From a virus (Duplodnaviria > Heunggongvirae > Uroviricota > Caudoviricetes), in IMG/VR virus record IMGVR_UViG_3300049846_001252: a stretch of 64,000 nt of DNA; one strand, given 5' to 3'. Shown one piece after another: positions 1 to 8,766 of the stretch; the stretch's first letter is position 1, and every line of letters starts with the position of its first letter. The position numbers and the translations under genes are program-made. Under the pieces are notes generated by a model. It made no database searches, was not told the DNA's origin, and saw only the letters and a program-made list of their open reading frames with translations.

Positions 1-75
1 ATTTGGCAGATCTTACTGAAGGATTGTCGTTAGACTATGTCGCTCAGCTTGTAACACAAAGCCGAGTTTCGGGCA

Positions 76-315
76 TTGACACTAAAGAGTACATCAAGAA
101 TAGTAAAGAGAAGAGAAATAAGATTAGCAAAAGCTTTAAGCCTAGTATGGGGATTGGACGAGGGGATGATTGAACTAGTTTATACTGGAGATGAATTAAT
201 AATTATCAAGGCAGGAGTCGTTATCGATACAATTCCGTGGAAAAATTATATTAATGATATGCCACTCGCTGTAGAAAAAGCAATTTGTTTAGCATTAGGA
301 AAACAGGATGATTAA
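76..315 (+). CDS. hypothetical protein (79 aa)
   Basis: ORF in track; compact tiling with downstream genes. Confidence 0.4.
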   Translation: MTLKSTSRIVKRREIRLAKALSLVWGLDEGMIELVYTGDELIIIKAGVVIDTIPWKNYINDMPLAVEKAICLALGKQDD

Positions 316-459
316 AGCTAAATACAGGGGTAAACTAGTAACCGGAAGATGGGTATTAATAGAAGACGACCATTGGTTAGTATTAACTAAAGCTGCGTAC
401 AAAAGGACAGGACTTTCAGCTATTAAGTATGTTAAACTTAGACAAATATCGAGGTATCC

Positions 460-735
460 TTGACTAAAAAACAAATTATACATTGGGGAGATAAAATGAA
501 TGCCGAATACGATTATCTATGTTGCGAAAAATGTTCTAGTCAAGTTGAATTGAGAACTGAAAAGGTTAAAGGTATGTATAAGAATTTTTTCTTTTGCGGG
601 GTATGCGATTCAATAGTTACCCCAACTAAAAATTATAAACTGAACAAGAAACCAACAGAATTACCAGCATATATACACGACGCTTGGGAATACTTAGCTA
701 AAAAATATGTCGGAAATGATTCTAGAGAAGGATGA
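460..735 (+). CDS. small Zn-ribbon protein (CxxC...CxxC)
   Basis: Cys pairs CCEKC...CGVC in 91-aa ORF. Confidence 0.4.
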   Translation: MTKKQIIHWGDKMNAEYDYLCCEKCSSQVELRTEKVKGMYKNFFFCGVCDSIVTPTKNYKLNKKPTELPAYIHDAWEYLAKKYVGNDSREG

Positions 736-1001
736 TAACAATTATGCAGAGCGGTCCACAAAAAATATATTATAGAAAAGTTAAGGACGGGGAAGTATTA
801 ATGGAAGGTTCGGGCTGGATTGTGTCTGAGCCAACGCTGTTTAAGTCTTTGTCTATATTTGCCGATGATAAGACTATAAGTACGGAACCGGTTATAGCTA
901 TCACTCCGAATCAAGAAGACGAAGTGCCCGGCTGGACATTGACAATATCTAATAGAACAAGATATAAGTTGGATTTATTTACTTTGGAGCAGAGTTCTTG
1001 A
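732..1001 (+). CDS. hypothetical protein
   Basis: ORF; ATGA-type stop/start overlap with flanking genes. Confidence 0.4.
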   Translation: MITIMQSGPQKIYYRKVKDGEVLMEGSGWIVSEPTLFKSLSIFADDKTISTEPVIAITPNQEDEVPGWTLTISNRTRYKLDLFTLEQSS

Positions 1002-1426
1002 AAAATTATAAACTACTAGTCAAATATAATCGTCCGACTAGACCAAAGAGAGTTCTTTTCGTCGGCCTTTGCCCTTCCAAAAAGAATTTAAGCCCCGAAA
1101 TTGCATTTTTAGGAACACAGAGCTTCACTAGACTTGTAAAATTAGTTCACGACGTTAAGCTTGACGGATGTTATGACTATAGCTTTATTAATCTATATTT
1201 CGATATAGAGAAGACAAGACAGAACCGGAGAGTGGACCAGAGTTGGAAGTATTTTGATAAAATAGTTTTGTTAGGTAAGGAAGTCAATGAACGGCTCAAT
1301 CTCGCTGCCGAATATATGCCGAGTAAATTTATTTACATACCCCATCCTTCAGGACTGAATCGAATTTGGAACAATAAGAAAAATTATGAAATTGTAGTAC
1401 AGACATTAGAGGAGTTTTTGAAATGA
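998..1426 (+). CDS. uracil-DNA glycosylase superfamily-like protein (family 4/5-like)
   Basis: motif A-like VGLCPS (cf. GEAPG) and motif B-like IPHPSGLNRIWN (cf. HPSPLN) in a 142-aa ORF. Confidence 0.45.
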   Translation: MKNYKLLVKYNRPTRPKRVLFVGLCPSKKNLSPEIAFLGTQSFTRLVKLVHDVKLDGCYDYSFINLYFDIEKTRQNRRVDQSWKYFDKIVLLGKEVNERLNLAAEYMPSKFIYIPHPSGLNRIWNNKKNYEIVVQTLEEFLK

Positions 1427-1737
1427 GATGGCGTAAGTTAGACGAAATACCTAAGCCCGGTCAAATTGTTGGCGTGATTTATGCTCACAATAAAACACAT
1501 CTTCCTATGAGTTACGAAATAATGTTTGGAGAGTTTGAACAAGGAGCAAAGAGTTACTCTCATAGAGTCTGTTCTGGTGATATGACAGGAAAAGGGTCTT
1601 GGTCTGTATATTGGCCACAGGATGATACGTATCAGAATGATGAAGTTCTTGCATGGATACCGGCAGAGGAGTTTATATTTCCCGAAGGACTAGAACACGA
1701 TGAATGGTGGGGAAAGTCAGTATGTCGTCCAGAATAA
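1423..1737 (+). CDS. hypothetical protein
   Basis: ORF, translationally coupled. Confidence 0.4.
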   Translation: MRWRKLDEIPKPGQIVGVIYAHNKTHLPMSYEIMFGEFEQGAKSYSHRVCSGDMTGKGSWSVYWPQDDTYQNDEVLAWIPAEEFIFPEGLEHDEWWGKSVCRPE

Positions 1738-2447
1738 TTATTTCAGACCCGCATGGATGCCTTGAGACATTAAAGTCTCTCGTCGCTAAGCTCCCAGAGG
1801 GAATACCAATAACATTTGCTGGCGATTTTATTGATCGCGGTCCAGATTCAGCAGGAGTAGTCGATTACATTATGAATTCAGGTCATGACGCAATAATTGG
1901 TAATCACGAAGTTATGATGCTTAACGATATTGAATTTAGAGTTAAGGAAGATGGGACCGAACAGGTATTTGCACCACAAGACGGGGACTGGAGATACAAC
2001 GGCGGAGATGCTGCACTACGGAGTTATTTAAAAGAAGACGGAACATATGATATTCCCCGACTTAAAAAACACGTTGAGTGGTTTAAAACTCTTCCATACT
2101 TTATTGAATACCCAGAATTAAAGGATGACAAAGGACAACACCTATTGGTAAGTCACTCCACTCCGGCGCACGTTTGGGGAGAGTATTCACCAGAGAATCC
2201 AATATTTAAACAAAGTATTCTTTGGGAGAGAGACCCGATGCCCCCAAAAATTGATGGTCGGTTCTCAGTATACGGCCACACACCGCAGAAATTTAAGCCG
2301 ACGATTAAAGATCATTTTGCTGCGATAGACGGGGGCTGCTATTATAAATATTCGGACTATAATAGATTGACAGCGTTTCAATTCCCTGAGATGATAGTAT
2401 ATGAGGTACGTAATTGTGAACAGGAGCCAGAAAATGAAACGAAGTGA
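1704..2447 (+). CDS. Ser/Thr protein phosphatase, PPP family (lambda-PPase-like metallophosphatase)
   Basis: signature motifs ISDPHG (DxH), GDFIDRG (GDxxDRG), GNHE. Confidence 0.75.
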   Translation: MVGKVSMSSRIIISDPHGCLETLKSLVAKLPEGIPITFAGDFIDRGPDSAGVVDYIMNSGHDAIIGNHEVMMLNDIEFRVKEDGTEQVFAPQDGDWRYNGGDAALRSYLKEDGTYDIPRLKKHVEWFKTLPYFIEYPELKDDKGQHLLVSHSTPAHVWGEYSPENPIFKQSILWERDPMPPKIDGRFSVYGHTPQKFKPTIKDHFAAIDGGCYYKYSDYNRLTAFQFPEMIVYEVRNCEQEPENETK

Positions 2448-2679
2448 AATGCAACAAAAACTTAGACATTTTTTGTTGCAAAATAGAGAAAATTTTAAAG
2501 ATTTTGATTTTACATCCGCAGATAGTTTAGCAGATGAAATGATCGATTTAGTTGAACATAATGGAATGCTTCCGCCTACAATTAGAGTTAACACACCGCT
2601 AGGCCCTAGAATATTTTTTGATACGAATAAGTGGGAAGAAAATATTAATGTTGATGAGGCTGGTTATGAAAAGAAGTAA
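2401..2679 (+). CDS. hypothetical protein, paralog A (GMLPP motif)
   Basis: ORF; shares ...E(H/D)(N/E)GMLPP... motif with next ORF. Confidence 0.4.
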   Translation: MRYVIVNRSQKMKRSEMQQKLRHFLLQNRENFKDFDFTSADSLADEMIDLVEHNGMLPPTIRVNTPLGPRIFFDTNKWEENINVDEAGYEKK

Positions 2680-2890
2680 AATGTTAAATATACTACACTT
2701 ATCCATATTTAAACATATGAACTGCGGTGCGGATTGTTGTTTGTCAGATGAAGATATGATCAATAAAATACTAAAGTCATTAGAAGATGAAGGAATGTTG
2801 CCGCCGTTCAATTCTTGGGATTATCATATGGACGGAGATAATGCTGACGAGAGTAGCAAACGCTATCATTCTTGGGAGCCGGAAGAATAA
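2618..2890 (+). CDS. hypothetical protein, paralog B (GMLPP motif)
   Basis: ORF; tandem paralog of 2401..2679. Confidence 0.4.
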   Translation: MIRISGKKILMLMRLVMKRSKMLNILHLSIFKHMNCGADCCLSDEDMINKILKSLEDEGMLPPFNSWDYHMDGDNADESSKRYHSWEPEE

Positions 2891-3099
2891 CAATGAATTG
2901 GGAACATGTATATTATAATCCTATAAATAATAAAATTATTTTAGTTAAGAAATGTGATGCATTTTCTTTAAAATTTAGATACTATACAATTCATCTTGGT
3001 TGGAGTAAATGCAATGATATTTGTGATGTAGCAAATATTAAATATGGCGTTACTTTAAAAGACATTAAATCAAAATACGAGTATATTGGAAAATATTAA
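2872..3099 (+). CDS. hypothetical protein
   Basis: ORF. Confidence 0.3.
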   Translation: MGAGRITMNWEHVYYNPINNKIILVKKCDAFSLKFRYYTIHLGWSKCNDICDVANIKYGVTLKDIKSKYEYIGKY

Positions 3100-3620
3100 T
3101 GAATCTTAAACTATTAAATCCCATTCAAGATAATTTAATAGAAGCAACATTTCCATTTGGCTCAAGAGTATACGGCACAGATGACGAATTTTCTGATAGA
3201 GATGAAGTGTGTATTACTAAATTTAATACAGGAGATTTTCCCTTACATTATAAAACAAGTTATTGTGATTATATTTATACAGATATTAATAATTTCCTTA
3301 AAGCATTGGAAAAGGGAGCAAATCCGGTATTCTTTGAAGTACTACACTTACCCGAGTTTCAAGAAAAATACAGAACGGATATTATGCAGTATTACAATGT
3401 CCGAAGTGCGAAAATGTATTTGGGCTTTGCTAAACGAGACCTTGATTATGGACTTGATAGAATACAACACGTCAATAGATGTATTTGGATGGCTGAAAAG
3501 ATTATGAAAAAGGAATTAATAAATTTACAAGACGTAGCTAAGATTGAAATATGCCGGGATGTAGATTTTTTAAAACAGAAGACTAAAGAATTAAGGGAGA
3601 GTTTAGTTTATGAGCTATAA
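3099..3620 (+). CDS. Pol-beta superfamily nucleotidyltransferase
   Basis: FGSRVYGTDDEFSDRDE = hG[GS]x3Gx6-SDxD nucleotidyltransferase signature near N-terminus. Confidence 0.6.
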   Translation: MNLKLLNPIQDNLIEATFPFGSRVYGTDDEFSDRDEVCITKFNTGDFPLHYKTSYCDYIYTDINNFLKALEKGANPVFFEVLHLPEFQEKYRTDIMQYYNVRSAKMYLGFAKRDLDYGLDRIQHVNRCIWMAEKIMKKELINLQDVAKIEICRDVDFLKQKTKELRESLVYEL

Positions 3621-3909
3621 AGTTGAAAACAGAATTCCACCATTTGCTTCATATGATATAGTCAGAGTAAAGGAAACTGGAGAATTAGTTATTATCACAG
3701 AAGTTAATCTTAATACGGCACAAGATAAAGATATGCATCAATGGTCATTCTCTATTACGCACATTAATCCAGAGAGTAATAGTAAAACGGCATGGTACAA
3801 CATGACAGAACTAGAATACGTCAACAACGTATTTCAAATTATCGCCGAAAAAAGCAAGCATCCATTCAGTAGTTCTAAATATGAATTATGTCTAAAGAGA
3901 AGACCATGA
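3610..3909 (+). CDS. hypothetical protein
   Basis: ORF between NTase and Pnk. Confidence 0.35.
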   Translation: MSYKVENRIPPFASYDIVRVKETGELVIITEVNLNTAQDKDMHQWSFSITHINPESNSKTAWYNMTELEYVNNVFQIIAEKSKHPFSSSKYELCLKRRP

Positions 3910-4796
3910 CAAAACCTAAATGTATTATATTAGTTGGCCCGCCGGGAAGCGGGAAGAGTACTAAAGCTAAAGAACTTTGCGAATTCAATGATGCAATTTA
4001 TATAAATCAAGATAGTCAAGGTCGAAATGAACATTTTGAAATATTCAAACATGCACTGAATTTTAATCAATCAGTGGTAATAGATCGCATGAATTTTAAT
4101 AGAGAACAAAGAGCCCGATATCTGGATTTAGCTAAAGCTTCCGGATATGAAACTGAAATTATAGTTTTACATGAATCATACGATACATGCCTAGCCCGAT
4201 GTTTAGCACGTAAAGGACACGAGACAATTACTAACGAAGATCACGCTAGAGGAGCATTACAGACTTTCTTCACTAAGTATGAACGTCCAACAAAAGACGA
4301 AGCGGACACAGTAACATTTATATACCCAGAAGGACCTAAACAAAGAGTTATCTATTCCGATCTTGACGGGACGTTGTGCAACATTGAACATCGAAGACAT
4401 TGGGTACATCCACCTCCCGGACAAAAAAAGAACTGGCCCGCATTTTTTAACGGAATAAACGATGATACTGTCAATGAACCAGTAATGCATACGATTTGGA
4501 ATTTTTACGATAACGGAAGCAATTCTTTACCGATAGTATATTGCTCAGGACGTTCGGAAATGTATAGAGACGTATCATTAGAATGGCTTAATAAACATAA
4601 CGCTCCACCAGGACCTTTATATATGCGACCAAATAAAGACTCTAGACAAGATTTTATAGTAAAAGAGATATTATTAGATTTTGAATTGAAAACTCGTTAT
4701 GAGATTTTTTTAGCTCTTGACGATAGAACGCAAGTTGTAAATATGCTTAGAAATAGAGGAATCACAGTGTTTCAAGTTGCCCCAGGAGATTTTTAA
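3888..4796 (+). CDS. pnk: polynucleotide 5'-kinase/3'-phosphatase (T4 Pnk-like)
   Basis: N-terminal P-loop LVGPPGSGKST; C-terminal HAD motif I DLDGTL; kinase-then-phosphatase order as in T4 Pnk. Confidence 0.8.
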   Translation: MSKEKTMTKPKCIILVGPPGSGKSTKAKELCEFNDAIYINQDSQGRNEHFEIFKHALNFNQSVVIDRMNFNREQRARYLDLAKASGYETEIIVLHESYDTCLARCLARKGHETITNEDHARGALQTFFTKYERPTKDEADTVTFIYPEGPKQRVIYSDLDGTLCNIEHRRHWVHPPPGQKKNWPAFFNGINDDTVNEPVMHTIWNFYDNGSNSLPIVYCSGRSEMYRDVSLEWLNKHNAPPGPLYMRPNKDSRQDFIVKEILLDFELKTRYEIFLALDDRTQVVNMLRNRGITVFQVAPGDF

Positions 4797-4799
4797 TTT

Positions 4800-5882
4800 A
4801 TGGAATTAATGAACGAACTTAATAAACTAGTTGAAGAAGGTTATGTACGAAAAGCCGAAAACGAAGACCTAGCTATATATAAGTACACCGATAAGTGTAC
4901 CTACGAGAAACATTGGAACGAGTACACAAGACAAGCTCGGGGACTAATCTTAGAAAAGAAGACGGGAAAAATCGTAGCACAGACATTCAATAAGTTCTTT
5001 AACTTGAACGAGATGCCGGAAACAACACTAACCAACTTACCACAGGAACCATATCAAGTATTTGACAAGGTTGATGGGTCTCTGGGTATTATTTATTTTT
5101 ATAACAACAAATGGAACGTAGCTACGTGCGGGAGTCTAAATTCAGATCAAGCACAAAGAGCAACATCTTGGTTAGACACAAAGTACCCTACGACAGAAAT
5201 TTTAGAGCCGGGCATTACATACTTAGCTGAAATCATTTATCCAGAGAACAAGATTGTTGTAGACTATAAAGATTTTGAAGGATTTATATTCTTAGCGGCG
5301 TTTGAACTTAAAACTCGAGGAGAAATGTCGTATGCATATGTTGAGGATGTTGCACAGCGGCTCGGAGCAAAAGTAGCAATTGAATACAACTATACCATTG
5401 CAGAAATGACCAGACTTCAGAAAACTATCCCAAAGGACCAAGAAGGATTTATTGTTAGATTTAAGTCGGGACTTAGAGTAAAGATTAAGGGCGAAGAATA
5501 CATGAAGATTGCCAGAATGTTAGCGAACCTTAGTCCCCTAGCTTTCTGGGAAGGCATGGAAGACGGGAAAGTTAAGTCCGAGTACCTTATGCAATTACCT
5601 GAAGAGTTTAGGGCTGAGTATGAACCTATTGTTGCCGAGCTAGAAAATCAATACAGACAAGTCCAAAACGAAATCGGGGCTGAGTTTGAAAAACTCATTC
5701 CTATGAAGCAAGCTAATGAACCTATGAAAAATATAGCTCTTTTCGTTAAAGACGAAAAGAATGGAATTAAGCATAAATCAGCAATGTTTACTCTATTATC
5801 TGGTAAAAGCGTGGATACTTATACAATGAAGCTAATACGTCCTAAAGCCAATGTTCTTCTCAATATGAGACAGGACTCTTGA
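4800..5882 (+). CDS. ATP-dependent RNA ligase
   Basis: motif I KVDGSLG (KxDG), motif IV EGFIVRF, motif V RVKIKGEEY; directly downstream of pnk. Confidence 0.7.
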   Translation: MELMNELNKLVEEGYVRKAENEDLAIYKYTDKCTYEKHWNEYTRQARGLILEKKTGKIVAQTFNKFFNLNEMPETTLTNLPQEPYQVFDKVDGSLGIIYFYNNKWNVATCGSLNSDQAQRATSWLDTKYPTTEILEPGITYLAEIIYPENKIVVDYKDFEGFIFLAAFELKTRGEMSYAYVEDVAQRLGAKVAIEYNYTIAEMTRLQKTIPKDQEGFIVRFKSGLRVKIKGEEYMKIARMLANLSPLAFWEGMEDGKVKSEYLMQLPEEFRAEYEPIVAELENQYRQVQNEIGAEFEKLIPMKQANEPMKNIALFVKDEKNGIKHKSAMFTLLSGKSVDTYTMKLIRPKANVLLNMRQDS

Positions 5883-6295
5883 CTTTTCTCTTATTTCATG
5901 AGAAGCTAATCCTGGAGGTGACAATGGGAGACGGAATAAGTTGGTATTATCAAAACATAAAAGAACAAAACGACTATAAAAAACACGTAGATAGCGGAAA
6001 ATTTAATAAAGAATATATAGAATCGGATATTATTAGAGTTCTGACACAATCAGAGATTAGATTATTAGTAGTAAGACTTATTATACATAATTTAGGTGGA
6101 GCAGAAAAATTTTTTAAAAATAATTTTGCCCATGAGTTCCATAAATCTTTTAACAAATTATCAAAAAAAGATAAAATTAGGTTTTTACGATTACATGCAA
6201 AAGATGTCGGATTAACAATTAACGAAGATAAGCGAATTAAAAAACTACAAAATAAAATTTATGAACTCAGAAGTATCATGGAGGAAGAATGCTAA
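5879..6295 (+). CDS. hypothetical protein
   Basis: ORF. Confidence 0.4.
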   Translation: MTFLLFHEKLILEVTMGDGISWYYQNIKEQNDYKKHVDSGKFNKEYIESDIIRVLTQSEIRLLVVRLIIHNLGGAEKFFKNNFAHEFHKSFNKLSKKDKIRFLRLHAKDVGLTINEDKRIKKLQNKIYELRSIMEEEC

Positions 6296-6489
6296 AATCG
6301 AACAAAGAAGCGGTTTACAGCGACTATCATGAGCTAGCGGAAGATATCAACGATGCTTTTCCAAACCTAGAAGATACGCCGGAAATGCTTAGAAGTATAG
6401 CCGCGACGTTTAGAGACTATTTTGGGTATTGTCCCCCATTTGAAATTGTCGGGGGCCGAGTAATGCTAATGCAAGCGGACTTACCATGA
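6289..6489 (+). CDS. hypothetical protein
   Basis: ORF. Confidence 0.35.
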   Translation: MLKSNKEAVYSDYHELAEDINDAFPNLEDTPEMLRSIAATFRDYFGYCPPFEIVGGRVMLMQADLP

Positions 6490-6695
6490 AAAAGAAACTT
6501 AGACCGTTAGGACAAATTATGTCGGATATGGAACTTCTCCTTGAAGAAATGACGGATAGCGACAAACACGATATGCAATGGCAGGAGGTTCTAGCTCAAG
6601 TATACTCTTGGCTTGAAACCCACGCCCCGCATCAAAAACCTAAGTATCTGGATGGAACAAGTCCTGAGTATTATTTTGGACCAAGGAGAGACTAA
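6486..6695 (+). CDS. hypothetical protein
   Basis: ORF. Confidence 0.35.
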   Translation: MKKKLRPLGQIMSDMELLLEEMTDSDKHDMQWQEVLAQVYSWLETHAPHQKPKYLDGTSPEYYFGPRRD

Positions 6696-6696
6696 G

Positions 6697-6873
6697 ATGA
6701 ATACAGTAATTTTTAAAAAAGAATATCACGGATATGAAGAATTGTTTGATTATTTCAGAGATATGGATGAAGCCGTTCGGTCAGATTTTAACGATAAAGC
6801 CGAAATTTTAAACGGCGAATTTTCTGGAACAGTGAAAGTCACTATTGAATACGTGAAGGAAGATGAGACATGA
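6697..6873 (+). CDS. hypothetical protein (start moved to internal ATG to avoid overlap)
   Basis: track ORF 6613..6873 overlaps upstream gene; ATG at 6697 (MNTVIFKK) follows GGAG-like RBS. Confidence 0.3.
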   Translation: MNTVIFKKEYHGYEELFDYFRDMDEAVRSDFNDKAEILNGEFSGTVKVTIEYVKEDET

Positions 6874-7058
6874 CAGCCAACGAATTAGTAGTAGTAATTG
6901 GACTTCTCTGTTCCTCAGTAAAAGACAAAGAAGCGAAGATTAGCTGCTTTGAGTATTATACAAACTGTGCAGTGAAATCTGGCGGAAAATTATTATCTAA
7001 AACCGAAATAATTGATAAGTGTTTAGTATATAAAGAAAAATTTTATAATAAGGAATAA
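6870..7058 (+). CDS. hypothetical protein
   Basis: ORF. Confidence 0.35.
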   Translation: MTANELVVVIGLLCSSVKDKEAKISCFEYYTNCAVKSGGKLLSKTEIIDKCLVYKEKFYNKE

Positions 7059-7062
7059 TAGC

Positions 7063-7485
7063 TTGCTACTTAAATCAATTGAATATACTCTTCATCATAA
7101 AAATGGAAAAACTCATTCTGTGTCATTTCCTGATGAACTTAAAACTGATCAAGAATATGCTGATGCTTATACGTGGTGTTGTCAAATATATGGAGGCACT
7201 ATAAATGATTGGTTTTTAGTTAAACAAGGAGATAAGTTTAATCCGTATGATATCTGGGGAGTAGATACATCAACCAATAATACAACAATAAGTATTCCTT
7301 CTCCATATTTTTTATGGCCATATGCCGCAGCAGAGGAAATAGCAAAAACACTAGATTCTGACATAAGAAAAGAAATACATGGACAATTTGTAGAACAAAA
7401 ATGTGAATGTGGAGCAGATGTAACTTTTGGTGCCCAGCAAGCGAGGGACACGAGCTTGCATTCAGCTTGGTGCCCGAAGGCCTAA
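7063..7485 (+). CDS. hypothetical protein (3' end is anomalously GC-rich)
   Basis: ORF; see finding on GC-rich patch. Confidence 0.4.
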   Translation: MLLKSIEYTLHHKNGKTHSVSFPDELKTDQEYADAYTWCCQIYGGTINDWFLVKQGDKFNPYDIWGVDTSTNNTTISIPSPYFLWPYAAAEEIAKTLDSDIRKEIHGQFVEQKCECGADVTFGAQQARDTSLHSAWCPKA

Positions 7486-7509
7486 TTCTTCCAGAGCGAC
7501 GAAAGGAAC

Positions 7510-7851
7510 TTGAGACGCAATATGATAACAGGCCAAAACATTTACGACGTTGTGTCTTACGTTTTAAAGCATCAACGCGATCTATTCGATGCGTTACGTA
7601 TTCAAGTCGGATTCTATTATTTAGCCCGCGAGATAAGTACAGCATATGAGCTATCTGAACTAGACATGCAGTTTGAAGACTTTATAAAGACATGCTTAGC
7701 TACGGAACTTAATCGAGTATTTAAACAAGAGTTGACAATTGATGATTTAAAAGCTATAATGTATTCTAGTAAGTGGAAGGAATCGGGCTTAGATCATTTA
7801 TTTTTAGATCCGGAGGATTATCTTGCTGAAGACTTTACATCTATATCTTAG
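7510..7851 (+). CDS. hypothetical protein
   Basis: ORF. Confidence 0.4.
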   Translation: MRRNMITGQNIYDVVSYVLKHQRDLFDALRIQVGFYYLAREISTAYELSELDMQFEDFIKTCLATELNRVFKQELTIDDLKAIMYSSKWKESGLDHLFLDPEDYLAEDFTSIS

Positions 7852-8077
7852 TCAAAGAGATTTGAATGACATTGATAGTTATGCAAAAAAATACTCTGCG
7901 GAGATGGCAAAAATGCCCGGAGAAACCGAACACGAATTTCGGGCTAAATGTTATTTATATGCATGTATGGGATTTATAAACAGAGAACACTCTAGACTTA
8001 CGACAATAGACGGAGATACACCAAAAGCCTTAGTTGAGGTTACAGACTTAACTAAGTTAAGAAACGAGATACGATAA
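7823..8077 (+). CDS. hypothetical protein
   Basis: ORF. Confidence 0.35.
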   Translation: MLKTLHLYLSQRDLNDIDSYAKKYSAEMAKMPGETEHEFRAKCYLYACMGFINREHSRLTTIDGDTPKALVEVTDLTKLRNEIR

Positions 8078-8079
8078 CA

Positions 8080-8766
8080 ATGGATTTATTTTTAAAAAGA
8101 GTGCTTCTCTTAATGTTAATATTTATTCTAACTCCAATGGTATTGCCATCTTGTGCAACGTCTTATTCAACTTCCGACACTAATCCAAGCTTCATTCCCC
8201 CGGAAAATTATAATCAGGATCATCAACATGAAGCACTTATCAGACTGCATGACTCTGACGGAAAGTTCTTCTGCTCCGGATTTGTAATTAGCGACCAATA
8301 CGCCGTAACTGCGGGACATTGTGTTGATTCAGATTTTGGCCGACTTCGTCAGTTTATTAAGATATATAATTCAGTAAAGATGGATACTTATGTTGTGGCA
8401 AGTGGTGCGGCCTCAAATCGACGAGGCGACACAGGACTTATCAAAGGGAATTTTAAAGAATTTGACAAGTTAAGACTTATTATTAGGCCACAAGATTTAT
8501 ATGCGACAATCTCAAAGGCTAAAAAAGTATATGCTTTGGGATTTCCTTACGGGGCCGATTACTTGATTTCTGAGATTAACCCTAAAGGTCTAGAAAATTT
8601 CCATATGGCCGGAGCCGGAGTTCTTTTGCCTGGGATGTCGGGAGGACCATTAGTCACAGAAGAGGGTATAGTCATTGGAATTAATTCGTATGTAAGTGGG
8701 GATCATTCTGCATTTTCTTCGTTAATAGGTCTCTTAGACAGTCTAGAAATTAAGTATGAACAATAA
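8080..8766 (+). CDS. secreted trypsin/chymotrypsin-fold (S1) serine protease
   Basis: N-terminal hydrophobic signal; catalytic-triad contexts TAGHC (His), GDTGLIK (Asp), GMSGGP (Ser). Confidence 0.65.
   Translation: MDLFLKRVLLLMLIFILTPMVLPSCATSYSTSDTNPSFIPPENYNQDHQHEALIRLHDSDGKFFCSGFVISDQYAVTAGHCVDSDFGRLRQFIKIYNSVKMDTYVVASGAASNRRGDTGLIKGNFKEFDKLRLIIRPQDLYATISKAKKVYALGFPYGADYLISEINPKGLENFHMAGAGVLLPGMSGGPLVTEEGIVIGINSYVSGDHSAFSSLIGLLDSLEIKYEQ

Noticed and set aside
295-483. Minus-strand 62-aa ORF at the start of the plus-strand block
   Set aside because: It is antisense to two tightly spaced plus-strand genes and has an Leu/Ile/Ser-rich junk-like composition.
2265-2811. Minus-strand ORFs 2265..2594 and 2599..2811
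   Set aside because: They are antisense to the phosphatase and paralog genes. Their hydrophobic low-complexity products are typical of AT-rich antisense frames.
3157-3507. 116-aa ORF fully inside the nucleotidyltransferase gene in another frame
   Set aside because: The NTase frame carries the conserved motif. The alternate frame is Ile/Leu/Lys-rich, which is typical of AT-rich out-of-frame noise.
7182-7649. Cluster of overlapping ORFs on both strands (7182..7451 -, 7238..7645 -, 7407..7649 +)
   Set aside because: They are generated by the local GC-rich patch. They conflict with the co-directional gene tiling 7063..7485 / 7510..7851, and their products are low-complexity.
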